A DNA stretch of 63,602 bases, counting the filler, from Candidatus Tectimicrobiota bacterium (GTDB taxonomy: Bacteria; JACPSX01): assembly GCA_016193065.1 (NCBI GenBank). It is 8 parts of 8 records of this genome, joined end to end, with 100 filler letters (N's around TTAATTAATTAA, not from the genome) between each part and the next. Parts side by side here need not be neighbours in the genome. Positions count along the whole stretch, not along the records: positions 1 to 7,687 come from JACPSX010000131.1; positions 7,788 to 21,306 come from JACPSX010000135.1; 6 more parts are not named here. One strand, given 5' to 3'. Numbering within the stretch: position 1 is the stretch's first letter; each line of letters starts with the position of its first letter. The notes beneath the pieces were generated by a model that was not told the DNA's origin, made no database searches, and saw only the letters and a list, made by a program, of their open reading frames with translations. Position numbers and translations under genes: made by a program. Of this stretch, positions 1-9,598 are shown one piece after another.

Positions 1-671
1 ATCTCTGCGGCGGACGTGGTGGCGGGGATCACGGTAACTTGGCAGCCGTGCTCCACGAGCTTCCGTAAGATGTTTAACTTGATCCCGAAGTCCATGGCGA
101 TCACGGAGAACCGAGGCTCAGGAACCGGATGGCGATAGCCCGATTCCAGGTTCCAGGTCCCCTGGTTCCACTCGTAGGAAGTCCGGCAGGTCACTTCCTT
201 GACCAGGTCCCTGCCGATGAGTCCCGGGCAGGCCCGGGCTTTGGCAAGAAGGCTTTTTGGATCCAGATCGATGGTCGAGATGACCCCTTCAATGACGCCT
301 CTCTCCCGGATCCGCCGGGTCAAGGCCCGGGTGTCGATCCCCTGGATTCCCACGATCCCGTGCTTGCGCAAGAACTCGGAAAGGCCCGTTTTACTGCGCC
401 AACTACTGGGATACGGCGACGCCTCCTTGACGATGAAACCTTCCACCATGGGACCTCGGGATTCAAAGTCTTCCTCGTGGAGGCCGTAGTTGCCGATCAG
501 GGGATAGGTCATGGTGACAATTTGCCCTTTGTAGGAGGGGTCCGTCAGGACCTCCGGGTAGCCTGTGAGGCTCGTGTTGAAGACCACCTCTCCGGCCGTT
601 TCTCCTTCCGCTCCGCAGGAGGTTCCTTTGTATACCGTACCGTCGGCCAGCGCCAGGAGGGCCTCAGCCAT
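1..671 (-). CDS. carA: Carbamoyl-phosphate synthase small subunit, 3' end outside window (alternative start 677)
   Basis: Minus-strand translation [16 protein letters not shown]...[37 protein letters not shown] is the canonical CarA N-terminus; follows pyrC. Confidence 0.95.
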   Translation of the reverse strand, partial: MAEALLALADGTVYKGTSCGAEGETAGEVVFNTSLTGYPEVLTDPSYKGQIVTMTYPLIGNYGLHEEDFESRGPMVEGFIVKEASPYPSSWRSKTGLSEFLRKHGIVGIQGIDTRALTRRIRERGVIEGVISTIDLDPKSLLAKARACPGLIGRDLVKEVTCRTSYEWNQGTWNLESGYRHPVPEPRFSVIAMDFGIKLNILRKLVEHGCQVTVIPATTSAAE

Positions 672-712
672 CGCCATTGCTCCCGTCTGCGCGAATATTC
701 AGTTCCACCTCT

Positions 713-2056
713 TTAGTACACAATCTTGCGCGGTAAATTGTCATAGCTCCAAGACGTCCGGGCGCTGCGCTCCCGCAGATTCTCTGCTTCGTAAACAATC
801 TCCCCGGCGCGCAAGGTGCAGACCGCTTTGCCCTGCACCTCCCAGCCGTCAAAGGGGCAGTTGCGGCTGCGGGAACGAAAGTTCCTCACGTCGATCACGT
901 ACCTCTTCTCCAGGTCAAGTATGGCCAGGTCGGCATCGGATCCCACCGCGAGACTCCCCTTGGGGATTGACAGGATGCGGGCTGGCTCCACGGTCATCTT
1001 GGCGATCAGTTGGGAGAGCGTGAGCACTCCTTCCTTCACCAGACGGAGGCAGAGGGGGAATGCCGTCTCCAGGCCGATGAGCCCGAAGGGAGCCATGGAA
1101 AAGTCCAACTCCTTGGCGGCCTGTTCGTGGGGGGCGTGGTCGGTGGCGATGGCATCAATGGTTCCATCCCGCAATCCTTCCCGCAGGGCGGCGCCGTCCG
1201 CAGCGGTGCGCAGGGGAGGATTGACTTTCGTGGTGGTGTCAAACGAGCGCACGGCCTCATCCGTGAGGAAGAGATGGTGGGGAGTGACCTCGCAAGTCAC
1301 CGGAACCCCGCGACGTTTGGCATCCCGGATCAGGTGGACGGAGCCCGCCGTGCTCACATGGGCAATGTGGAGCCTTCCCCGGGTCAGCTCGGCCAGCAGG
1401 ATGTCCCTGGCTACCATGATCTCCTCGCAGGCGTTGGGGATCGGATTTAAGCCCAGCTCCGTCGAGACGAAGCTTTCGTTCATGACCCCGCCGGGACAAA
1501 TGGTCTTGTCCTCGCAGTGGGAAATGACCGGCAGGCCAAACATGGAAGCGTATTCCAGAGCCCGGCGCATGAGATGGGAATCCCGGACCGGCTGGCCGTC
1601 ATCGGAAATCCCCACGATCCCCGCTTCCGCCATCTCCCCGATCTCGGCCAGTTCCTCTCCGCCGAGCCCCTTGGAGACGGCTCCGATGGGGTAGACGTTG
1701 GCGGAGCCTTCCAGACGGGCTTTTTCCAGGATGTACTCGGTCACGGTGCGGTTGTCGTTCACGGGCTGGGTGTTGGCCATGCAGGCCACGGAGGTAAAAC
1801 CGCCTGCTGCGGCTGCAGCCGTGCCCGTGCGAATGGTCTCCTTGTAGTCAAATCCCGGCTCCCGCAAATGAGTGTGCATGTCCACAAATCCCGGAACCAC
1901 ACACCTCCCGTGGGCAGCGAGGATTTCCTCGGCGAGCAGAGTTCCCGGAGGTCCCAGAGCCGCGATGCGCCCCTTCTCGATCAGGAGATCCATCTCAGCA
2001 TCGATTCCCCGGGAAGGGTCCAGAACGTGACCGCCCCTAATGAGCAGCTTTTCCAT
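713..2056 (-). CDS. pyrC: Dihydroorotase (type I)
   Basis: [24 protein letters not shown] and ATDHAPH motifs; pyr operon context. Confidence 0.96.
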   Translation of the reverse strand: MEKLLIRGGHVLDPSRGIDAEMDLLIEKGRIAALGPPGTLLAEEILAAHGRCVVPGFVDMHTHLREPGFDYKETIRTGTAAAAAGGFTSVACMANTQPVNDNRTVTEYILEKARLEGSANVYPIGAVSKGLGGEELAEIGEMAEAGIVGISDDGQPVRDSHLMRRALEYASMFGLPVISHCEDKTICPGGVMNESFVSTELGLNPIPNACEEIMVARDILLAELTRGRLHIAHVSTAGSVHLIRDAKRRGVPVTCEVTPHHLFLTDEAVRSFDTTTKVNPPLRTAADGAALREGLRDGTIDAIATDHAPHEQAAKELDFSMAPFGLIGLETAFPLCLRLVKEGVLTLSQLIAKMTVEPARILSIPKGSLAVGSDADLAILDLEKRYVIDVRNFRSRSRNCPFDGWEVQGKAVCTLRAGEIVYEAENLRERSARTSWSYDNLPRKIVY

Positions 2057-2987
2057 AGGCTCCTCGCGAAAGTAAGTAGAGTAAGGCCATGCGCACCGCC
2101 ACCCCGTTGCTTACCTGCTCTAAAATGAGGGACCGGGTGCAATCGGCAATTTCGGGGGAAATCTCCACTCCCCGGTTTACGGGGCCGGGGTGCATGATCA
2201 GAACATCGGGTTTTGCCCGGTTCAGACGGTCCCGGTTGAGCCCGAACAGGCGGGCATACTCCCGCAGGGAGGGGTACAGCCCCCCGTGCTGGCGTTCCAT
2301 CTGGATCCTCAGCATCATGATGACGTCGGTTTTCGTCAGGGCATCGTCGAAGTCGTAGGTCACCCGGACTCCCATTCTCTCCATTTCAACCGGGATCAGG
2401 GTCGGGGGACCGCAGACGGTGACTTGTAACCCGAGCGTTCTCATTCCGTAGATATTCGAGCGCGCCACCCGGCTGTGGGAAATATCTCCCACGATGAGGA
2501 CCTTGAGTCCTTCCAGCTTCCCCTTGTGCTCTTGAATCGTGAACAGATCCAGGAGCCCCTGGGAGGGGTGCTCGTGGGTTCCGTCCCCGGCGTTGATGAC
2601 CGCGCTCTTGACGATGCGGGCGAGAAGGTGCGGGGCTCCCGAAACCGGATGCCGGACCACGATAATGTCCGAGTGCATGGACTCGATGTTGCGAGCCGTA
2701 TCGACCAGGGTTTCTCCTTTCACCGCGCTGCTCTCGGAGACTGTGAAATTCACCACATCGGCGCTAAGACGCTTGGCGGCCAGCTCGAAGGAGGTGCGGG
2801 TGCGCGTGCTCGGCTCGTAGAAAAGGTTGATGACCGTCTGGCCTCGCAGGGTGGGGACTTTCTTCACTTCCCGCCGGGAGATTTCCTGGAACGACTTGGC
2901 AGCCTGCAGGACAGTGAGAATCTCCTCGCTGGACAGATCCTCCAGTCCCAGCAGGTCCTTTCGTGCAAAGTGCCCGTCTGTCTCCAC
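2037..2987 (-). CDS. pyrB: Aspartate carbamoyltransferase catalytic subunit
   Basis: [19 protein letters not shown] and [11 protein letters not shown] motifs. Confidence 0.97.
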   Translation of the reverse strand: METDGHFARKDLLGLEDLSSEEILTVLQAAKSFQEISRREVKKVPTLRGQTVINLFYEPSTRTRTSFELAAKRLSADVVNFTVSESSAVKGETLVDTARNIESMHSDIIVVRHPVSGAPHLLARIVKSAVINAGDGTHEHPSQGLLDLFTIQEHKGKLEGLKVLIVGDISHSRVARSNIYGMRTLGLQVTVCGPPTLIPVEMERMGVRVTYDFDDALTKTDVIMMLRIQMERQHGGLYPSLREYARLFGLNRDRLNRAKPDVLIMHPGPVNRGVEISPEIADCTRSLILEQVSNGVAVRMALLYLLSRGAYGKAAH

Positions 2988-2990
2988 TCT

Positions 2991-3596
<606 letters not shown>

Positions 3597-3600
3597 TCAT

Positions 3601-3633
3601 AAAAAAACCTCCCCGACCTCCGGGGAGGTTTTT
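3601..3633 (-). terminator. Intrinsic terminator of the pyr leader (attenuator)
   Basis: Minus strand AAAAACCTCCCCG-gaggt-CGGGGAGGTTTTTTT just upstream of pyrR. Confidence 0.85.
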
Positions 3634-3680
3634 CCCTTTGGATTACTTGGCTGCTTTTTGTCTTTCCGCATCCCGGATCC

Positions 3681-3710
3681 CCTTATAGCCTCTCAGGACT
3701 ATTTAAAGGA
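3681..3710 (-). promoter_or_regulatory. PyrR-binding RNA loop
   Basis: Minus strand TCCTTTAAATAGTCCTGAGAGGCTATAAGG matches the UUUAA...AGUCCnGnGAGGYU PyrR motif; lies upstream of a terminator and pyrR. Confidence 0.88.
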
Positions 3711-3790
3711 GAAGTCTGGTTTCTTGATTGCTTTCGCCCGCTTCTTTACCGTCCGCCTCTGGCGGACTGGGAAGCTGAGGGAATTATACC

Positions 3791-4804
3791 CTATTTCATG
3801 TTCCGGGAGATATAGGCTTTTGCCTTCAATTCTCCGATCCATTCTCCATAGCGCTGCCGCACCTTGTGGTCGTAAAGTTCCTGGGAGATTTCCCCCCGGA
3901 CCTCCTCCAAGGGCCGGGGTGCCCCGCCCCTGCGATCGATGACCTGCAATATATGGTAACCAAATTGGGAACGGAAGGGAGGGCTGGTCTCCCCCTTGTT
4001 TAGGCCGAAGGCGATCTTTTCCAAGTCCGGCATCAATTCCCCTTTGCGCACGTATCCCAGATCCACTTCCTCCGCCTGGACCCCCCGTGCGGCAAAGCTC
4101 TTGGTCAATCCGGAAACCGCTGTCCCTTTCAGGATTTGAGTATAGGCCTCTTCGGCAATGCTGGCTGCCTTTTCGAAAGCGTTGGGATCGGTTTCAGGCC
4201 GGGCGTAGAAGAGAAGATGGCGCAGGTGGATTTCCACGTTGCTTAGAAATTTCTCCCGGTTCTTTTCGTAAAACTCCTGAATTTCCTTCTCGCTCACCTG
4301 GATTCGCGAGCGCACCTCGAGGTTGCTGAGGCGGCGCGTCTGAATCTGCTCGCGGAGTCTTTTCTTGTAACTTTCCAGGGTGAGACCCAATTCCTTCAAC
4401 TGTGAGCGCAAAGTCTCGTCATCGAGCCCGTTTCTCTGCTTGACTTCCGCGATGGCGGACTCCACCTCCTGGTCCCCTATGGTGATGTTCATCTTCTTGG
4501 CTTCCTGGACCTGGAGCTTCTCCTCGATGAGCTTCTCCAGCATTCCCTGCTGGATCCGGCGGATCTTTTCCGCCCGCTCCGGGTCCGGCAGGTCCGGCTT
4601 GAGGGTCTCCACCTCTTCCAGGCTGGCCTGTTGGACCTCGCTGATCGTAATAATGTCCTGGTTTACGGTGGCGGCGACGCCATCAATGATGACGGCCCCG
4701 GCCCCACGCGGATTACGTCCGAGAAAGGCGGAGAGAAGAAATAGGACGAGGAGGGTTGAACCGAGATTCGAGAATCGTTTAATGTGATCTGGTTTGACTC
4801 CCAT
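3791..4804 (-). CDS. SurA-family periplasmic chaperone / parvulin-type PPIase
   Basis: Signal peptide, IDGVAATVNQDIIT SurA N-domain, DLGYV...PFRSQFGYHILQV rotamase motif; follows mfd. Confidence 0.88.
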   Translation of the reverse strand: MGVKPDHIKRFSNLGSTLLVLFLLSAFLGRNPRGAGAVIIDGVAATVNQDIITISEVQQASLEEVETLKPDLPDPERAEKIRRIQQGMLEKLIEEKLQVQEAKKMNITIGDQEVESAIAEVKQRNGLDDETLRSQLKELGLTLESYKKRLREQIQTRRLSNLEVRSRIQVSEKEIQEFYEKNREKFLSNVEIHLRHLLFYARPETDPNAFEKAASIAEEAYTQILKGTAVSGLTKSFAARGVQAEEVDLGYVRKGELMPDLEKIAFGLNKGETSPPFRSQFGYHILQVIDRRGGAPRPLEEVRGEISQELYDHKVRQRYGEWIGELKAKAYISRNMK

Positions 4805-4920
4805 TCTCGCTTCCCTGCTCTGCGCGCTCTCGGCAGCAGACCACTACGACATTAAACAAGATGTGCAACATGGGCAGGTTTTCTCACCAAGCGGGGTTTC
4901 CCGACAATCTGACCGGAAAC

Positions 4921-7687
4921 TCAGGTCACCGTAGCACAGCTCTCCAGCCGCTGCAACAGATTTTTGACCTCTGGGAAAACGGTCTCCCAACGCGGAGAAC
5001 TCAGCTTCACCTGCAGAGTATCCTCCCCGATGAAGCGCAGATCAAGACTTTTGCCGGCCAGCTCGAGGATCCGGGCCGCAGATAGAGGAGTGCTCTTGTG
5101 AAAGGTCAACGTCAGGTGCTGATTGCTGCGCTCGACCCGGAGGACTTTCAACGGGGCCGCCATCACCCGAATTTGCACGGTCTGGACCAGTCGTTCCACG
5201 GGAGGTGGCAGGTGTCCAAAGCGGTCACGCAGCTCCTTTTCCATCTCTTCGAGCCGAGCGGGTTCCTGGATCGAGTAGAGCCGCTTGTAAATCATGAGCC
5301 GCTCTTTGGGATCGGGGAGGTAGCTGCGGGGAATGTAGCCGTCCGCATTCACGGAGACCTTGGTCTCCACCTTTTCCGGGACTTTTTCTCCCTTGAGCTC
5401 CGTCACGGCCTCCTCCAGGAGCTTGCAGTAGAGGTCGAACCCCACGGCGGCGATGTGGCCCGATTGCTGGGCGCCCAGCAGATTGCCCGCTCCCCGGATC
5501 TCCAGGTCCCGCATGGCCAGGCGGAAACCAGAGCCGAGCGTGCTCAGCTCCAAGACGGCCTGAAGGCGCTTCTTGGCTTTAGCCGACAGGAAATCTTCTC
5601 CAGGGACCAGAAGGTAGGCGTGGGCCTGCAGGCGGTCCCGACCCACTCTCCCCCGCAACTGGTAGAGCTGGGAGAGCCCCATGCGGTCCGCCCGGTTGAT
5701 GATGATCGTGTTTGCCGCCGGGATATCCAGACCGGATTCGATGATCGTCGAGCACAAGAGAAGATCGATTTTGCGATCGAGGAACCGGACCATCACGCGT
5801 TCGAGAGCCTTCTCCAGCATCTGCCCGTGGGCCACAGCGATGCGGATCTCCGGGAACAGACGGCGCAGGTAGCGCTCCATGGAATCGATGCTTTCCACCC
5901 GGTTGTGAACGAAAAAGATTTGCCCCCCCCGGGAAAGCTCGTTGTCCACGGCCTCCCGCAGGACCCGCTCCGAAAAACGCCGGATCAGAGTGCGGATGGA
6001 GAGACGGTCTGCTGGCGGGGTGTCGATGACGCTCAAATCCCGGAAGCCCACCAACGACATCTGCAGAGTGCGGGGAATCGGGGTCGCCGTCAGGGTGAGT
6101 ATGTGCACCGATTCCCGAAGCTGCTTGAGCCGCTCCTTGTGCCGGACGCCGAAACGCTGCTCTTCGTCGATGACGACGAGACCCAGGTTTTTGAAAACTA
6201 CGTCTTTCTGCAAAAGCCGGTGGGTGCCAATGACGATATCCAGGGTTCCCTCCTGCAGGCGCCTGAGGATTTCTTTTTGCTCGCGGGGGGAACGGAACCG
6301 GCTCAAGACATCCACGCTGATCGGAAAGGGGGCAAACCGGGCTTTGAAGGTCTGGAAATGTTGCTGGGCGAGCAGGGTGGTAGGAACGACGACGGCCACC
6401 TGGCTGCTGTCATAAGCCGCCTTGAAGGCGGCCCGGATGGCCACCTCGGTTTTTCCGTAGCCCACGTCTCCACAGATGAGGCGATCCATGGGGCGGGATT
6501 GCTCCATGTCCCCGCGAACATCCTCAATGGCCGCCTGCTGGTCTTCGGTTTCCTCGAACTCGAAGGCGGCGGCGAATTCCTGGTGCCACTGGGTGTCCCT
6601 GTCGAAGGGCGTGGTGGTGGCGAGCTGGCGGCGGGCATATAGTTTCAGGAGCTCCTGCGCCATTTCCTTGAGGGATTTCTTGACCCGCTTTTTCACCCCT
6701 TCCCAGGAAGAGCTTCCCAATTTGTCCAGTCGGGGCGGTGCAGAGCCCGCTCCGCGGTATTTCTGCACCATGTTGATCATATCCACGGGGAGGTAGAGCT
6801 TGTCGTGGTCGGCGTATTCGATTTCCAGAAAGTCCCCGCGGGTAGCACCCAGAGGGTACCCGGGGTGCGCCTGGGTCTCCAGTGTCTTGAGGCCCAGGTA
6901 GAGACCGATGCCGTAGCTTAAGTGCACCACGAAGTCGCCCACATTGAGATCGCGGAAGTCGTGCACCCGCAAGGCCGGGTACCCGCCTTGCGGGTGCCAG
7001 CCTTGCGGGTACCCGGCCCTGCCATCCCGAGCAAGCCCCGATCGGGGTTTTCGGGCTGCGATTCCGGTGTGGAAAATGTCGTCGTCGGTCAGAAGCCGGA
7101 ACCCCAAGGCCGGCAGGCTGAAGCCACTCGAAAGCTCTCCGAGGCACAGACTCAGGTGGCCATAGGGCACGGGAAGCTCTTCCGGGTTCTCTCCCACGAG
7201 TTCCGCGAACGACTCAAAGAAGGAACCGTCCAGGTCGTTTTCCCGCAGGAGACCCGACAGTCGTTGCCGGCGGGCCGCAGTGGGGGCCACCAGCACGATC
7301 TTCTCCCCCTTTTTGTGCCAGCCCTGCAGATCGGCGAGGAACTCCCTGAGGCGGCCGCCGTAAGGTCTGGCTGCTTCGGTCACAAGGGGGAAGGGGATGT
7401 AGGCGGGATCGCCCGATAGATTCAGTGCACTCAGTTCCACGACCGGGAGATCCTGCGCTGTAGAAAGCTCGGCCAGGGAGATGTAAAAGGCCTCCGCGGT
7501 GGGCAGGAAAGGTTCTCTCGGCTTCTGGCGGCCGGTGGATTCCTGAAGATCGGCCCGTAGCTCCTTTTCGATCTTTCTTAGTTCCTGAGGCTCGTCCAGC
7601 ACCAGCACGGGACTCTTGGGAAAATAGGAGGCTAGAGTTTCCAGATGCGGATAGAGAAAAGGGCTGAGACTCTCGATACCGGGGAAA
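4921..7687 (-). CDS. mfd: Transcription-repair coupling factor, 5' truncated by contig end; carries two palindromic in-frame insertions
   Basis: GDFVVH RID domain, GDVGYGKT, DEEQRFG, TATPIPRT, QLRGRVGR and TRCF C-terminal domain. Confidence 0.97.
6845..6868. repeat. Short variant of the GGGTACCC palindromic element inside mfd
   Basis: GCACCCAGAGGGTACCCGGGGTGC, read as HPGYPLG in a loop that is shorter in typical Mfd. Confidence 0.65.
6963..7016. repeat. Compound GGGTACCC palindromic element inside mfd
   Basis: Contains exact CGGGTACCCGCCTTGCGGGTG (6976-6996), identical to 22838-22858 and 44274-44294; 6963-6975 is the reverse complement of 6985-6997. Confidence 0.85.
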
Positions 7688-7787
7688 NNNNNNNNNNNNN
7701 NNNNNNNNNNNNNNNNNNNNNNNNNNNNNNNTTAATTAATTAANNNNNNNNNNNNNNNNNNNNNNNNNNNNNNNNNNNNNNNNNNNN
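7688..7787. other. Artificial contig linker
   Basis: N run + TTAATTAATTAA (stops in all six frames) + N run, 100 nt, identical at seven places. Confidence 0.99.
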
Positions 7788-7991
7788 GACCTGCCGGCGA
7801 AACCGCCGCAGGATTTCCAGGGTCCTCTCCATGGCCTGGCGCTGGAGCTTCCTCTCCTTCCAGAGCCCCTCCGACAACCGGGAAATGGCCTGGCTGCTGT
7901 GGCAAATCCTCAGGGGCACACCCTGCTCCTTGCATGCCACCAGGAGCCGCACTGTGTTGGAGCCCAGATCAATTGACGCAAACGTCCCCAT
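7788..7991 (-). CDS. Ppx/GppA-family phosphatase, N-terminal part (truncated by contig end)
   Basis: MGTFASIDLGSNTVRLLVA...SRLSEGL is the Ppx/GppA phosphate-1 motif. Confidence 0.85.
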
Positions 7992-8055
7992 GTTCTTTCC
8001 CGAAAGACCGGTTCCACCGGACCATACAAACACACTTAACCCTGATAGGTCCAAT

Positions 8056-8241
8056 CCCCTCTCCCTATCCCTCTCCCCTTGAGACTGTGTCATAAGTCCG
8101 TTCATGGTTCGACAGGCTCACCACGAACGGAGAAGGAGACCCGAAATTCAATCACTTAGCCGTTCGTCCTGAGCTTGTCGAAGGGCGAACGGCGGATTGC
8201 GACACAGTCTCCTTGCAAGGGGAGCGGGGAAGGGTGAGGGG
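8056..8241. repeat. REP-like CCCTCTCCC/GGGAGAGGG-type palindrome interrupted by a MITE
   Basis: Removing 8081-8214 restores the perfect palindrome CTCCCCTTGCAAGGGGAG; related uninterrupted copies at 55271-55309 and 57497-57543. Confidence 0.75.
8081..8211. mobile_element. 131-bp MITE-like element
   Basis: Perfect 11-bp terminal inverted repeats GAGACTGTGTC/GACACAGTCTC, 3-bp direct repeat CTT (8078-8080, 8212-8214), internal inverted TTCGACAGGCTCA / TGAGCTTGTCGAA units. Confidence 0.78.
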
Positions 8242-8285
8242 TCTATATTCGTTCTCCAAATGGATGCTGCTTCTCCCAACCCGGA

Positions 8286-9500
8286 TCACGAGAGATCGGG
8301 CGAGCCAACCAGGAGGATGCGGCGGAGGATCTCCAAGGCAGACGTGCTGGCCCGCCGCCACAGGGCCGGGGGCTCCGGCAACGGAGCCGTCCTCTGGAAT
8401 TTCCCCCAGGGTCCTAGAAAAAGGAAATGAGCCCGCCAGGGAGCATGAGAGCCGGGGCCGCACTTGTTTTCCGTTACCGCGAGCCCCAGGACTCCCGAGG
8501 CCTGGAAATCCGCCATCAGGGCAAGGCAGGCTCCCTCCATCTCCGGCTTCTTTTCTTCCGAAGAGTCGGCAGAGGTCAAATGAGGCCGCACGACACCGCC
8601 CTGGAGAAACCCTACGCTTCCGGGTACTGCCGCCAGCCGGCTCAAAAGAAAACCGCCGCTGCCCCACTCCGCCACCGCCAGACGAAGCCCTTTCGCCAGC
8701 AAGATCCCGCCGACGACTGCTTCGAGGGTCTCCTCATCCTGCCCGAACACGCGATTCCCAAGGCGCTGCAGAATTTCCCGGCAGGTTCCCGCCACGAGCC
8801 CCTCCACGGATCGCGCTTCCTCCCCTCTCGCCGTGACCCGGATATGGGTCTCCCCCTCCCGGGCCAGGAGGCCGACGGCTGGATTCGTGGACCCCGTCAT
8901 GAGATCGCCAACGATCTGATCCACGCGACTCTCCCCTAAACCAGCCACCTTGAGGGTTCGGGTTAATGTAAGACCACGAAGCCCGAAGCGGCTCTGCAGG
9001 AAGGGCAAGACCACCTGCTCGAGCAGGAACACCATTTCCGCAGGAACTCCGGGCAAGGAGATGAGGACGTTTCCGCCGTGTTCGGCGATAAAACCAGGCG
9101 CCGTGCCCCGGGGGTTCTCGATAGGGATGGAACCGGCTGGGATGTAGGCCTGCTTGCGATTATTCGGGGTCATGGAGACCCCCAGGCGTTGGAAGCGCTC
9201 TTCGATCTTAGCGAGAAGCTCGGGATGAAACTCCAGGTCGACCCCGAGGGCCCGGGCAACGATCTCCCGGGTAAGGTCATCCTCCGTGGGACCGATCCCC
9301 CCCGTGGTGATCACCACCCCAGATCGTCTCAGGGCCAGGGATAGAATTTCCTGAATCCGTTCCCGGTGGTCCCCGACGGCGCTCTGATAGCAGACGGGTA
9401 TGCCGATCGTTCCGAACTGGCGGGCGATAGTCGCGGCGTTCGTGTCCACCACATCTCCCGCCAGGAGTTCGGAGCCAATGGAGATTACTTCAGCCTGCAC
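8286..9500 (-). CDS. cinA: CinA-family competence/damage-inducible protein (MoCF domain + degenerate PncC domain)
   Basis: IGSELLAGDVVDTN, TGGIGPTEDDLT and LPGVPAEM; C-terminal AVAEWGSGG replaces AESCTGG. Confidence 0.9.
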   Translation of the reverse strand: MQAEVISIGSELLAGDVVDTNAATIARQFGTIGIPVCYQSAVGDHRERIQEILSLALRRSGVVITTGGIGPTEDDLTREIVARALGVDLEFHPELLAKIEERFQRLGVSMTPNNRKQAYIPAGSIPIENPRGTAPGFIAEHGGNVLISLPGVPAEMVFLLEQVVLPFLQSRFGLRGLTLTRTLKVAGLGESRVDQIVGDLMTGSTNPAVGLLAREGETHIRVTARGEEARSVEGLVAGTCREILQRLGNRVFGQDEETLEAVVGGILLAKGLRLAVAEWGSGGFLLSRLAAVPGSVGFLQGGVVRPHLTSADSSEEKKPEMEGACLALMADFQASGVLGLAVTENKCGPGSHAPWRAHFLFLGPWGKFQRTAPLPEPPALWRRASTSALEILRRILLVGSPDLS

Positions 9501-9598
9501 ATTTCCCTACCTGGGATGAACGGGATGCGTCCGGGGAGGAGGAAGCCCTCCTCCCCGGGCTGGCATGCTTTCTCCCCGACCTCCTCCCCTGCCTGGGA

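Noticed and set aside
5098-6642. Long antisense ORFs (514 aa here; also 10354-12153, 41578-43182, 22768-24033, 59286-60578, 60747-62054)
   Set aside because: Shadow ORFs opposite well-supported genes, expected in high-GC DNA; no motifs
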